Source: a virus (Duplodnaviria; Caudoviricetes). Taken from it: 64,000 nucleotides of DNA. Every line of letters starts with the position of its first letter. The stretch's first letter is position 1. The position numbers were made by a program, and so were the translations under genes. Positions 38,424-46,460 of the stretch are shown piece by piece. Below the pieces are notes generated by a model that saw only the letters and a list, made by a program, of their open reading frames with translations, searched no databases and was not told the origin of the DNA. The DNA lies in the IMG/VR virus record IMGVR_UViG_3300023174_000037. One strand, given 5' to 3'.

Positions 38424-38452
38424 ATTATAACAAATAAATCAAAACGAGTCAA
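38424..38452 (-). promoter_or_regulatory. sigma70-type promoter, leaderless into 38417
   Basis: TTGACT-N17-TATAAT-N6-ATG. Confidence 0.7.
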
Positions 38453-38456
38453 CCTG

Positions 38457-38774
38457 TTATTTGAACAAAATCACAGCCATTATAACAGCTTGTGTTATAA
38501 ATCCAACACCAATGGTAACAATGTTTAGGGTGTCTTTGAGCACAATAGCTCGACCAAACAACAAGACCAATCCTGCCCAAACAAACAACACAATATCCAA
38601 TCCTGGAGTGCGGTCAGACAATCCGGTCAGCAAGGCCAACAACGAAGGAATAGTTGCGGCATGCATCAGTATCACAGCCAGCCAACCCAGGGTGTCAGCA
38701 CTCACCTTGGGCAATTGCTGTTCTAACCATCCTCTAGCACACTTGAGTATTTCATCTAGTTTTTCCATGATCAT
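38457..38774 (-). CDS. Multi-pass membrane protein
   Basis: Three hydrophobic segments; ATGA-coupled to the hydrolase. Confidence 0.65.
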   Translation of the reverse strand: MIMEKLDEILKCARGWLEQQLPKVSADTLGWLAVILMHAATIPSLLALLTGLSDRTPGLDIVLFVWAGLVLLFGRAIVLKDTLNIVTIGVGFITQAVIMAVILFK

Positions 38775-39331
38775 ATCTTCTCCCCATAAAATACGTGTCG
38801 CCCTATCTTGGCCACCTGTGGCTTGCCCCATTGTGGTGTGACATAGTCTGCATGAAAATACAAAGCCGTTTTCAAGCTGGGCAATCTAAAGCCCTCTAAC
38901 AGGACCTTTTTTGCCACTTCTTCAGACTCTTTCCAGTGTGCTGGGTATATAGGTTTTACCTTGCTACTACCATCACAGAACCACGAGAATTGACAAACCA
39001 CCCGGTCCATAACGATGTTTTTCTGATACACAACACCGCAGATGTCTGGGGCAAACTTGCCGGATTCTACACGATTGATTGTGACCTGGGCCACAGCTAC
39101 CTTGCCTTCAAAAGGCTCGCTGGCGCTTTCCCAATAGATGTTTTTGGTCAAACAGGCCAATTGTCTAGTTCTATCTTCGACACTGATAAAACCTTGTCGT
39201 GCCACTTCATTTGTTACTTTTAAAATATCTAATTTATGTTGTGTTACTGTAACAACAGCAATCATCACAATCATAAATCCACAAAATTTAAAAATTTTGT
39301 TGCCTACGTTGGTTATTGAATTTAATTTCAA
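38771..39331 (-). CDS. SleB/Hydrolase_2-family cell-wall hydrolase with N-terminal membrane anchor
   Basis: CLTKNIYWESASEPFEGKVAVAQVTINRV, ICGVVYQ, CQFSW, ALYFHADY..P.W, IGRHVFY; TTG start after SD AAGGAG. Confidence 0.9.
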   Translation of the reverse strand: MKLNSITNVGNKIFKFCGFMIVMIAVVTVTQHKLDILKVTNEVARQGFISVEDRTRQLACLTKNIYWESASEPFEGKVAVAQVTINRVESGKFAPDICGVVYQKNIVMDRVVCQFSWFCDGSSKVKPIYPAHWKESEEVAKKVLLEGFRLPSLKTALYFHADYVTPQWGKPQVAKIGRHVFYGEKI

Positions 39332-39613
39332 TGCCTTCTCCTTGTCGCAATACTGTGCGTGTCAGCGGGGTGTCCAAGGCGGACGCATTGACGGTGGCTA
39401 TAGATTAGACAAAGACCTCGGGCCTCAGTGCCATACTCTTTAAGCGGTGCTTTGTTTCTCGCACGGCCTATACCATTTGTCAATGAAGAGGATTTCCGAA
39501 GTCCTCTTGGTTACTGGACCAGCTTTGCGGCACTGGTCAATCCGTTGTGGAGTAGTTCTAAGATTATAATCCTACGCTAAACATAAGTTAGCCGGTTTGT
39601 TTTTCTACTCTCT
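39332..39613 (-). ncRNA. Candidate structured RNA (long 5' leader of the cell-wall hydrolase operon, or an independent ncRNA)
   Basis: ORF-free ~280 nt after TAAGTA (39618-39623) with at least 8 hand-found helices, including a cUUCGg tetraloop stem and nested long-range pairings. Confidence 0.6.
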
Positions 39614-39700
39614 AAAATACTTATTAATATACACCCTCTCCCAGTAAAGATCTACGATTTTTGATAGGTTTTTGTCATAATATACATACATTATATTATA

Positions 39701-41092
39701 TTAATTAATTTTTGTCAAATTATGTTTGGCAAATTCGGGGACCAACCACGGAAATATATCTTGCCAGTTGGTATTTCTACGATGGTCCATGGTGTTCAAA
39801 AAGTCAAACAGTTTGGTTATTTCTACAATATTAGGAGTGCCGCTAGCTGATTGAATTGCTATACCTTTGAGATAGTCCTTGCTGGATTTTTCTTCAGGAG
39901 TAGTTTCTGGTTTTAATAATAATGCCCGTTCAAAATCCTCACTGAAAATGTTGCCAAAAATGTCTATATACATGTGACTAGGATTGTTTACACTATTTTG
40001 ATAATGATAAATTTGTCTACGCTGCCCCCAAATTTTTATTTTTTCTAGTAAATTTGGTAGAGTTTTCACAGTCAATGGCGTAACTGTTGAACTTACTATC
40101 AAGTTAATCCAATCTTGTTCTAATAAAAATTCAAAATTAGTTTCCCAAATTTTTAAATCTAACGGATATCTTACGTATTCCTGTGGCGCTCCCCAACAGT
40201 CCAAGCTGGCTGTAATTTCAAATTCTCTTAATTTGTTCTGCTCAATTAATTGTTTTATTCGAGCAACTATTTTTTGTAGATGAGGTAATTTACAATAAAG
40301 ATTGGTAAAAATTTGTAATTTTAAATTAGGAGCTGGGTGATGTTCAAATATATCCAAACACTGTTCTAATTCATCTTGGTAAAGTGGTTCGCCACCTAGT
40401 ATATTAAGCACTGTAAGGTGATGACCATTTGTATTGATCCAATCAAAAATCTTTTGTTTATTTGCCTCCATGTTTGGACTTTTTCTAAATTCTTTCTGTC
40501 CAAATTTTATATTTTCAGCATTCCACAAACTGCTGAAGTGCGGGCCGCAATATAGACATTTTAAATTGCATGTGGTGTTAAAATACACTTCTAAAATTCT
40601 TGGAGTTACGGAGATTGCTGTTGGATTTTGATCTAGTTCTGGCGGAGCATGAATTCCAGGAAAATCCAAGTTGGTAAGCCTATCACTTTGGCCGCCTGCT
40701 TTTTCAATGTTTTTACAATAGTCACAGCCAATTTTAGGCCACTGGCCGTTGAGCATTTGTTTTCGATCATCTAATTTGCTCGGGGTGTTATGAAAATCAA
40801 ACTGCTCAGTGTCAAACGTATGCAAATTAGTTCTGTGACAACTAGCTGTTTTCTCCTCGGCTAGATATATTGTGCTCCAATTCCATTTAAGTTGACAGGC
40901 TGTGTCTGTTTTAATTGGAAATACTTTATTGACTAATTTAGATTTTTTTTGAAAACTACCCTGCACATATCCAAAATTATTAATACATTCAGATTTTATA
41001 TGGTCAGGAAGAGATTCAAATTGTTCTTCGATATCACATTCGGGCCACGAAGGATCTCGTATTTGATTATAAAATTCTTGCCAGGTACTCAT
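39701..41092 (-). CDS. Radical SAM protein
   Basis: TTCNLKCLYCGP, ILGGEPL, IFTN, ITASLD; twitch-like Cys motifs (CHR, C..C...E). Confidence 0.85.
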   Translation of the reverse strand: MSTWQEFYNQIRDPSWPECDIEEQFESLPDHIKSECINNFGYVQGSFQKKSKLVNKVFPIKTDTACQLKWNWSTIYLAEEKTASCHRTNLHTFDTEQFDFHNTPSKLDDRKQMLNGQWPKIGCDYCKNIEKAGGQSDRLTNLDFPGIHAPPELDQNPTAISVTPRILEVYFNTTCNLKCLYCGPHFSSLWNAENIKFGQKEFRKSPNMEANKQKIFDWINTNGHHLTVLNILGGEPLYQDELEQCLDIFEHHPAPNLKLQIFTNLYCKLPHLQKIVARIKQLIEQNKLREFEITASLDCWGAPQEYVRYPLDLKIWETNFEFLLEQDWINLIVSSTVTPLTVKTLPNLLEKIKIWGQRRQIYHYQNSVNNPSHMYIDIFGNIFSEDFERALLLKPETTPEEKSSKDYLKGIAIQSASGTPNIVEITKLFDFLNTMDHRRNTNWQDIFPWLVPEFAKHNLTKIN

Positions 41093-41616
41093 TATTCAAC
41101 CACCGGTGGTGGCATGGCCTTCAAACGGTCCCATGTGGCCTGCTTGTCCTTGATGTGCTGTTCAAGTTTTCTATACTGCTCACCTAAACTTTTAAGTTCT
41201 TCCCATTCCGTTTCTAATTTTTCATTAGGGCATAAAATGTTCAATCGTTCCTCAACCCGTTCCATCCAGTCCCGCATACTCTTTTCGCCTATCACAAGAT
41301 CAGCATTCTCACCAGTGATATGCACTTTGCCACTTTGATTTATGGTATATGGATTAATGGTGTATGGACTACTGCCTGTTCCGGTAGTGGTCCAAACATG
41401 CCCGGCAGTATTGATGCCAGCACCAATGGTATAACCACCTTGACCTATGGTAATAGGACTGTAACTCATTCCGTTGATGTTGCCGTCAATACTACTCACA
41501 GTTAACGGTGGCACAGCACCATATTGTGGATCAGACCAACTCGATGACGATAGCGTGATAGTATCATCGAGCGTTGCCAACATTTCTTCTAGGGTTTTTT
41601 CTTGCGTAAGGTCCAT
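41092..41616 (-). CDS. Hypothetical protein
   Basis: 174 aa; S/T/G-rich linker and C-terminal coiled coil. Confidence 0.6.
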   Translation of the reverse strand: MDLTQEKTLEEMLATLDDTITLSSSSWSDPQYGAVPPLTVSSIDGNINGMSYSPITIGQGGYTIGAGINTAGHVWTTTGTGSSPYTINPYTINQSGKVHITGENADLVIGEKSMRDWMERVEERLNILCPNEKLETEWEELKSLGEQYRKLEQHIKDKQATWDRLKAMPPPVVE

Positions 41617-41762
41617 GTGCCGTCCTTGTTATCAATCCACTCCAGAACATCACCTTCTTTCCAATCCATGTGTTCGCAGAGCTCATCACCCAGGTCCAAT
41701 AACATCTCGCCTGGGTGATCAGGGTCTTCTACTATAGTTCTGATAAAACTATATCTGGTCAT
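41589..41762 (-). CDS. Small AbrB/MazE-fold-like protein (57 aa)
   Basis: Hand-translated: EDPDHPGEMLLDLGDELCEHMDWKEGDVLEW...DGTWTL. Confidence 0.55.
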   Translation of the reverse strand: MTRYSFIRTIVEDPDHPGEMLLDLGDELCEHMDWKEGDVLEWIDNKDGTWTLRKKKP

Positions 41763-41763
41763 G

Positions 41764-41952
41764 TTACTTGGAGGCCAGAGCTTCTTTTTCTGCTGTGATT
41801 TCTTTGCGGCGTTCTTTGATTGCTTTGCTCATTTCTTGCAGTGCTTTACGAGCACGAGCCGCTGCGGCTTTTACACCCTTGCCTGTGAACTTATCGTTCT
41901 CAGCAATATAATTATCGAATGCTGTTTTGATTGCGTCATGATTTTGTGACAT
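41764..41952 (-). CDS. Histone H1-like (Hc1-family-like) small basic DNA-binding protein
   Basis: ENDKF..KGVKAAAARARKALQEMSK..KERRKEI. Confidence 0.7.
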   Translation of the reverse strand: MSQNHDAIKTAFDNYIAENDKFTGKGVKAAAARARKALQEMSKAIKERRKEITAEKEALASK

Positions 41953-41990
41953 TGTATTTCCTTTATAATAAAGTGCCGAAGCACCAGTTA

Positions 41991-42018
41991 ATTATACACT
42001 ATAAAGGAGGTATGTCAA
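41991..42018 (-). promoter_or_regulatory. sigma70-type promoter with a 5' cUUCGg hairpin (41973-41984)
   Basis: TTGACA-N16-TATAAT, then GTGC-TTCG-GCAC, then SD AAGGA. Confidence 0.65.
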
Positions 42019-42024
42019 GAAATA

Positions 42025-42267
42025 TCACAGGCTAATATGCCGTTTTGTCCAGGTATCCCAAATGACCATATTGTCCCAACCATGTGTCCAAGTTACCATA
42101 AACAAACTCAAAGTATTTTGGTTAAAGATGTGCATACGATTGTCTTCAACACGGGCATGTATACTTCGACTGGTATTGGACCATTTGGTCAGCTGATTTT
42201 TAGCATCAGGAGCTCGTAAGATTACCGTATAAAGGGCGTCCCCATTTTTGGAAGCAGGTGCAGTCAT
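42025..42267 (-). CDS. Hypothetical protein
   Basis: 80-aa ORF. Confidence 0.55.
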   Translation of the reverse strand: MTAPASKNGDALYTVILRAPDAKNQLTKWSNTSRSIHARVEDNRMHIFNQNTLSLFMVTWTHGWDNMVIWDTWTKRHISL

Positions 42268-42497
42268 TAATGTAAAGATTGATCCGAAGATCTTGGTGAG
42301 CTAAATTCGCTCACATATTTAACAAAATTATCATCCAAGATGATACGTTCATCGTCGTACTCTTGAGAAACTTCGTTTGGAACTCCTAGCAGACGCATGA
42401 GGCCACCTGTGTGGATTTCGGTGATGCCCTGTTGATACAAAACCAACATGAGTTGGTTAATGGCCATCCTAATAGGATAATCAAGGTCGTCTAACAT
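42267..42497 (-). CDS. Hypothetical protein
   Basis: 76-aa ORF; TAAGTA 5 nt upstream. Confidence 0.6.
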   Translation of the reverse strand: MLDDLDYPIRMAINQLMLVLYQQGITEIHTGGLMRLLGVPNEVSQEYDDERIILDDNFVKYVSEFSSPRSSDQSLH

Positions 42498-42524
42498 ACA
42501 AAATACTTAGCCCAAATGGCCAAG

Positions 42525-42812
42525 TTACTGACGATATCTTGATTGGATTTCTGTGACTGTAGATGGCTTGGTGCCAGTCGTGGTTATTTGTATTTTATTC
42601 AACGTAGTATCTTGGCAAACCGGCTGATCGTTAAATGCTCGCGCTATCCGACAGTCCTGATGTGTTGCTGTGCTGACTGCATGGTCAGCAATGCCTTTGC
42701 CGGTAGTTTCGTTAACTACCACACTTGACACACCTAGCCCGGTCAACACCAATGGTGCAGTCACGCACCCGGACAGTAAAAAGAGAAAAGATACTAGAAG
42801 TATCTTGTTCAT
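42525..42812 (-). CDS. Lipoprotein
   Basis: MNKILLVSFLFLLSGC lipobox (start ATG 42812). Confidence 0.7.
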   Translation of the reverse strand: MNKILLVSFLFLLSGCVTAPLVLTGLGVSSVVVNETTGKGIADHAVSTATHQDCRIARAFNDQPVCQDTTLNKIQITTTGTKPSTVTEIQSRYRQ

Positions 42813-42854
42813 GATATAAGTTAGGGGACTTATTGACACTGCCCCTGAAACCTA

Positions 42855-43187
42855 TTAGGCTGTTACTTTGGTAGAAGTTTTTGCAGCGGTCTTGATAGAC
42901 GCACCTGCAACCTTAACTTCGCCTTTCTTAGCCAGCTTGGTCTTCTCAGCCAGTTTGTTGGCTACAGCATAACCAGCATCACCTTCGGTAATGCCCAAAC
43001 TCTGCAGGTGCTGGAGAGCTTGCAATTTGGTCATTGGGCTTGGGAGCTCAATCAAATTGATGTTAGTGCATCCTGCTTTGTTCAGGATCTTGATACGAGC
43101 TACCAAATCGTTAGCAAAACGAGCTTTCACTGTTCCGTTAGCGTTAGTTGCGGTACCTGCTACTGTAAATAATTTGTCTTGTGACAT
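42855..43187 (-). CDS. Conserved jumbo-phage hypothetical protein with basic tail
   Basis: FTVAG..KARFANDL..RIK.L.K.G...I.LIELP..MTK; SD AAGG. Confidence 0.65.
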   Translation of the reverse strand: MSQDKLFTVAGTATNANGTVKARFANDLVARIKILNKAGCTNINLIELPSPMTKLQALQHLQSLGITEGDAGYAVANKLAEKTKLAKKGEVKVAGASIKTAAKTSTKVTA

Positions 43188-43260
43188 GATGTTGCCTTTC
43201 TTAGTTGCCTGTTAAAAAGTTGATTTAAAATACACATGCTAAATTGTTTAGCATATCCAT

Positions 43261-43289
43261 ATTATAGCTGACTGTTGTTTGAATGTCAA
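43261..43289 (-). promoter_or_regulatory. Consensus sigma70 promoter
   Basis: TTGACA-N17-TATAAT. Confidence 0.75.
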
Positions 43290-43320
43290 CCATAATACAA
43301 ATTCCGGTTAGCCAAAAGAC

Positions 43321-43458
43321 TCACTTTTGATTGGGTTCTTTTTTGCCAATTTTGTCTTTGGTCCATTCTGCACTGCTGGTCATGTCTTTACCAAGACCTG
43401 ATACAGTGTTACACGCGGTCAATGCACCAACCATAAGAATGACGATTAGAAATTTCAT
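43321..43458 (-). CDS. Entericidin (EcnA/B)-like lipoprotein (45 aa)
   Basis: Hand-translated MKFLIVILMVGALTAC-NTVSGLGKDMTSSAEW; matches the CNTxxGxGKD pattern. Confidence 0.75.
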   Translation of the reverse strand: MKFLIVILMVGALTACNTVSGLGKDMTSSAEWTKDKIGKKEPNQK

Positions 43459-43583
43459 TGCGCAGCCTCCTTGGTCACTTGTTGAACTTTGGACACACCG
43501 TTGTCAAACATTCGAGCAATGCCAGACAGTCCTACGGTGCAGATAACAATACCAAAGATGGTACCTATAATAAAACCTTTCAT
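43455..43583 (-). CDS. Small membrane protein (42 aa)
   Basis: Hand-translated MKGFIIGTIFGIVICTVGLSGIA...; SD GGAG; ATGA coupling. Confidence 0.6.
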   Translation of the reverse strand: MKGFIIGTIFGIVICTVGLSGIARMFDNGVSKVQQVTKEAAQ

Positions 43584-44236
43584 TTTGTATCTCCTACAAT
43601 TTTGACACGGTTGAGTTGAGTGCTACGGTCAGTGTGTCGTTTGACTGTACCACGAATAGCGACCTGAGTTTCGGGTTCAATGCTTTCACGGTATGAAAAG
43701 AATACCGAATAATTTGTGTCAGTGATAGCACTTACAAACCACGTGTTGTATTTTTCACTGTAGTTGCTACGCATGACCTCTATGTTCAGTTCAACCTTGG
43801 CACCCATCGTGCCAACGGAGCCTTCGTTGCAACGAGCCAATCTAGCGTCTACAGATTCTTTTCTCAACTGTCTAGCATAACTGTGCGGCATGGCTGTGAT
43901 CACACTCATATCGTAACGGCTGGTAATTGTATCCAAACTGCACACTTGGGCAGTTACCCGGGCCCATTCGTTTAGCTCGGTTCTTAATGCCTGCATGGTC
44001 ACAGCCGCAGCCATGTGTCGACGGCAGTCCGCACCCATGACACGATCAGCATCTGTGATCAAAGCGGCATTGGCTAGAGCTTGTTCAACAAGATCGCGAT
44101 TGGTGTGACGCACAACCTGATCACCAATCAGCTCAGGCTGTTTATAGTAACCGTTGTTCACGCGGTAGGCTGTGCAAGCTGCCGCCCACATCAAGTCAGC
44201 ATCAACTGCCGCAATTGTATCGCGAGTTTTTTTCAT
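43580..44236 (-). CDS. Hypothetical protein with C-terminal OB-fold-like segment
   Basis: 218 aa; ends IRGTVKRH...TQLNRVK. Confidence 0.6.
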   Translation of the reverse strand: MKKTRDTIAAVDADLMWAAACTAYRVNNGYYKQPELIGDQVVRHTNRDLVEQALANAALITDADRVMGADCRRHMAAAVTMQALRTELNEWARVTAQVCSLDTITSRYDMSVITAMPHSYARQLRKESVDARLARCNEGSVGTMGAKVELNIEVMRSNYSEKYNTWFVSAITDTNYSVFFSYRESIEPETQVAIRGTVKRHTDRSTQLNRVKIVGDTK

Positions 44237-44397
44237 GCCATCTCCTTTGCAGTGTCCATAAAAACTTTCAATGCTTGGCGAACTTTAGAGTCCAGGGTGC
44301 GATAGTTCTTTACCATGTGCTCTATTGCCGCCAGATCATCAAGATCTTGTTGTACGGCATAGTGTTCCATGATTTCGCAGGCTTGATCTATTGTCAT
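44233..44397 (-). CDS. Small hypothetical protein (54 aa)
   Basis: Hand-translated MTIDQACEIMEHY...; coupled at both ends. Confidence 0.55.
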   Translation of the reverse strand: MTIDQACEIMEHYAVQQDLDDLAAIEHMVKNYRTLDSKVRQALKVFMDTAKEMA

Positions 44398-44398
44398 A

Positions 44399-44587
44399 TT
44401 ATTTCCGAAATGAAACGCCAGTTGTACCGCCTACAACACTGCCCAACACAACCGCGGCCATCCAGGTATCAATTGTCACGGGTATTGCCAATGCAGGAAA
44501 TAATGTGTTCAAAGACCATATGGTTGCAATTGGAACCAGCACAATAAGCAATCCAACCAGTGCAATAACAAAAATAAGTTTAGTCAT
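44399..44587 (-). CDS. Small two-TM membrane protein
   Basis: Two hydrophobic helices. Confidence 0.6.
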   Translation of the reverse strand: MTKLIFVIALVGLLIVLVPIATIWSLNTLFPALAIPVTIDTWMAAVVLGSVVGGTTGVSFRK

Positions 44588-44613
44588 AATTCAATTCCAG
44601 TGATAAAAATCAA

Positions 44614-44823
44614 TTAATCCAGAGCTACCCCGGACATGGGCTTCTTGCCTGTCCAATGATCCATGGTTACACAGATAGGGCTTTGAAGAATCCCCATTGG
44701 AGCGACCTTGGGAGTGGTTGCCATACGTGCATAGCACTCGGACCGGTTTCGAACAAACTCCACTCGTTTGTCGATGAAGTCGCCTCCAGGAGTGCTCATC
44801 ATGATGATCAACACCCATTCCAT
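44614..44823 (-). CDS. Hypothetical protein
   Basis: 69 aa; TAATG coupling. Confidence 0.55.
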   Translation of the reverse strand: MEWVLIIMMSTPGGDFIDKRVEFVRNRSECYARMATTPKVAPMGILQSPICVTMDHWTGKKPMSGVALD

Positions 44824-45170
44824 TAGTCTAACCTTGAGCCAGCGTAGGCTGTAAAACCGTATTTCTTGAACACTTGAGCGGCTGCTTCTGCACCGGCTTC
44901 AAGGGTGTCCACGTTCTGAACCGGCATGTCTGCTGGATTCCAAATTTGGAAACTGCCTGTGTAGCTCTTGCGAACGCCTGCATCTTTGAAGGCTCGTCCA
45001 AGTTTGGTATTGCCCTTGACACCAAAAATGTCAACCCAGGCAAAGCCACAAGCATACTGATCACGACTGCCCAGTTTGGTCTGGAAAAATGTTTCAGCCG
45101 CTTTACGAGCTTCTGATTTGGCTTCGGCAATAATTGCGTCAATTGTAACACCGTTAACTGTAGCTGACAT
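44823..45170 (-). CDS. Hypothetical early protein (MSATVNG...; CGFAWV motif)
   Basis: Start ATG 45170 behind a repeated promoter/RBS cassette. Confidence 0.7.
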   Translation of the reverse strand: MSATVNGVTIDAIIAEAKSEARKAAETFFQTKLGSRDQYACGFAWVDIFGVKGNTKLGRAFKDAGVRKSYTGSFQIWNPADMPVQNVDTLEAGAEAAAQVFKKYGFTAYAGSRLD

Positions 45171-45176
45171 CTTGGA

Positions 45177-45231
45177 CTCCTTTTTAGTTTCTATACAAGT
45201 ATTATAGCAAAATGGGAATTTCTGGTCAACC
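45177..45231 (-). repeat. 55-bp promoter-RBS cassette, copy 1
   Basis: GGTTGACC-N17-TATAATACTTGTATAGAAACTAAAAAGGAG. Confidence 0.85.
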
Positions 45232-45234
45232 GTT

Positions 45235-45510
45235 TTATGCGGCTTCCAGCATGTTAGCAGGCACTTTCCAAAGACCCTGCGGAGTGCGAACTGTGACAAA
45301 CTTGATGGCAATCTTGGTCACATCGCCTACCATGACCTTGCCGGTCCGGCTCGAAGTGAACTTGACCATCTGTCCGGGCTTGATTGAATTCTTGACGTCT
45401 TTGGTCAACTGGGTGCGGGCCCATTTGACGGCATCGATCATGCTACTCAGTTCCACATTGGTCCAAGTGCCAAACATGATTGCTTGATTAACTTCTTGAA
45501 TGGTTTTCAT
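45235..45510 (-). CDS. Hypothetical early protein
   Basis: Start ATG 45510 behind cassette copy 2. Confidence 0.7.
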   Translation of the reverse strand: MKTIQEVNQAIMFGTWTNVELSSMIDAVKWARTQLTKDVKNSIKPGQMVKFTSSRTGKVMVGDVTKIAIKFVTVRTPQGLWKVPANMLEAA

Positions 45511-45516
45511 TCTGGG

Positions 45517-45571
45517 CTCCTTTTTAGTTTCTATACAAGTATTATAACCGAAATGGCTTTTTTGGTCAACC
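45517..45571 (-). repeat. 55-bp promoter-RBS cassette, copy 2
   Basis: Differs from copy 3 at one position. Confidence 0.85.
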
Positions 45572-45799
45572 ACTCTTTTTTAGGGCAAAAAAGGTAGCAT
45601 CTACACTGTTGCGAAAATACAACACCAAGTCCATGCGTGAAAGTTTTGTTTTTCTGCGCCCTTCTTGCTCGGTGTCTAGCAAGCGATAGAACCAACGGCG
45701 GTCTGCTTGGGTACCACCGGGACCAAACATGTCCGAGGCCAGCTCAACATCATTATTGTTGATTGACCAAGCGCCGCAATGGATTCTAGTCGTTTTCAT
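45566..45799 (-). CDS. Small hypothetical protein (F..DA.FF.LK.S family)
   Basis: C-terminal LYFRNSVDATFFALKKS. Confidence 0.55.
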   Translation of the reverse strand: MKTTRIHCGAWSINNNDVELASDMFGPGGTQADRRWFYRLLDTEQEGRRKTKLSRMDLVLYFRNSVDATFFALKKSG

Positions 45800-46014
45800 C
45801 AACAATAAAAGGCAGTGGTGAAGTTGCAACGACTGTAGACCAATTCACGAACTTCGGTGTCAGTGGCCTCGCCATACTTTTCTTCTTGGCCCAATTCAAT
45901 AAGGGCATTGTAGGTTTCAGGCCAGGTCCAGCGTTTGGCCACAGCCCGCTTTACAATAGTTGCCACTCGGTTGTTGCCGGCGGCAGTGAACATACCAAAA
46001 TCTTTGTTTTCCAT
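45799..46014 (-). CDS. Hypothetical protein (MENKDFGMFTAAGN...)
   Basis: SD GGAG; start ATG 46014. Confidence 0.6.
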   Translation of the reverse strand: MENKDFGMFTAAGNNRVATIVKRAVAKRWTWPETYNALIELGQEEKYGEATDTEVRELVYSRCNFTTAFYC

Positions 46015-46015
46015 A

Positions 46016-46288
46016 TTACATACTCCAATATGATTCGCTAGCAGGTGAGCAGAAGTAAGGCGTATCATAACGCTCTTTAAATTCTCGGCCACCTATTAGA
46101 TTTGTCTTGGTAACGAAGGTTTCAAACACCGCAACCTCAAATCCTAGATTGCGTTTAGCATCAGCTACCGCATCGATGTAGTCTTTGGTAACTGGAGCAA
46201 AATCTTGTTTGGCATACAAACGACGACCTTCTTTGGTGCGCTTGTCTGCTCGGTAAAGTTCCAATGTGTATTCTGTAAGTTTAGACAT
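46016..46288 (-). CDS. Hypothetical early protein
   Basis: Ends TPYFCSPASESYWSM; behind cassette copy 3. Confidence 0.7.
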   Translation of the reverse strand: MSKLTEYTLELYRADKRTKEGRRLYAKQDFAPVTKDYIDAVADAKRNLGFEVAVFETFVTKTNLIGGREFKERYDTPYFCSPASESYWSM

Positions 46289-46294
46289 TTTCTG

Positions 46295-46349
46295 CTCCTT
46301 TTTAGTTTCTATACAAGTATTATAACCAAAATGGCTTTTTTGGTCAACC
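46295..46349 (-). repeat. 55-bp promoter-RBS cassette, copy 3
   Basis: Same motif as copies 1 and 2. Confidence 0.85.
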
Positions 46350-46460
46350 GAACAGCCGCGCCATCAAGCGTTCGTTTAGTGTGGGCTTTTTGCCTAGGCC
46401 AAACAGTCGCTCGCGAAATAGTTTACCTAGTGTCTTTTTGGGTTGCTTTTTGTTTTTCAT
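46344..46460 (-). CDS. 38-aa basic peptide (MKNKKQPKKTLGKLFRERLFGLGKKPTLNERLMARLFG)
   Basis: Hand-translated; own promoter TTGACC-N17-TACAAT-N6-ATG (46467-46495). Confidence 0.55.
   Translation of the reverse strand: MKNKKQPKKTLGKLFRERLFGLGKKPTLNERLMARLFG

Noticed and set aside
39404-39467. Hammerhead-like order GAAAC...GUA...CUGAGG in the structured leader
   Set aside because: The core reads CUGAGGC rather than CUGANGA, and there is no room for stem I.
39513-39612. Resemblance of CGCAAAGC to c-di-GMP-I riboswitches and of ACAAACCGGCU to the RNase P 3' end
   Set aside because: These are short matches only. The other conserved elements and their order are missing, so no known class was assigned.
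45177-46349. Repeats considered as a CRISPR array
   Set aside because: The repeats are 55 bp, separated by whole genes of hundreds of bp, and consist of -35, -10 and SD elements; there are no cas genes.
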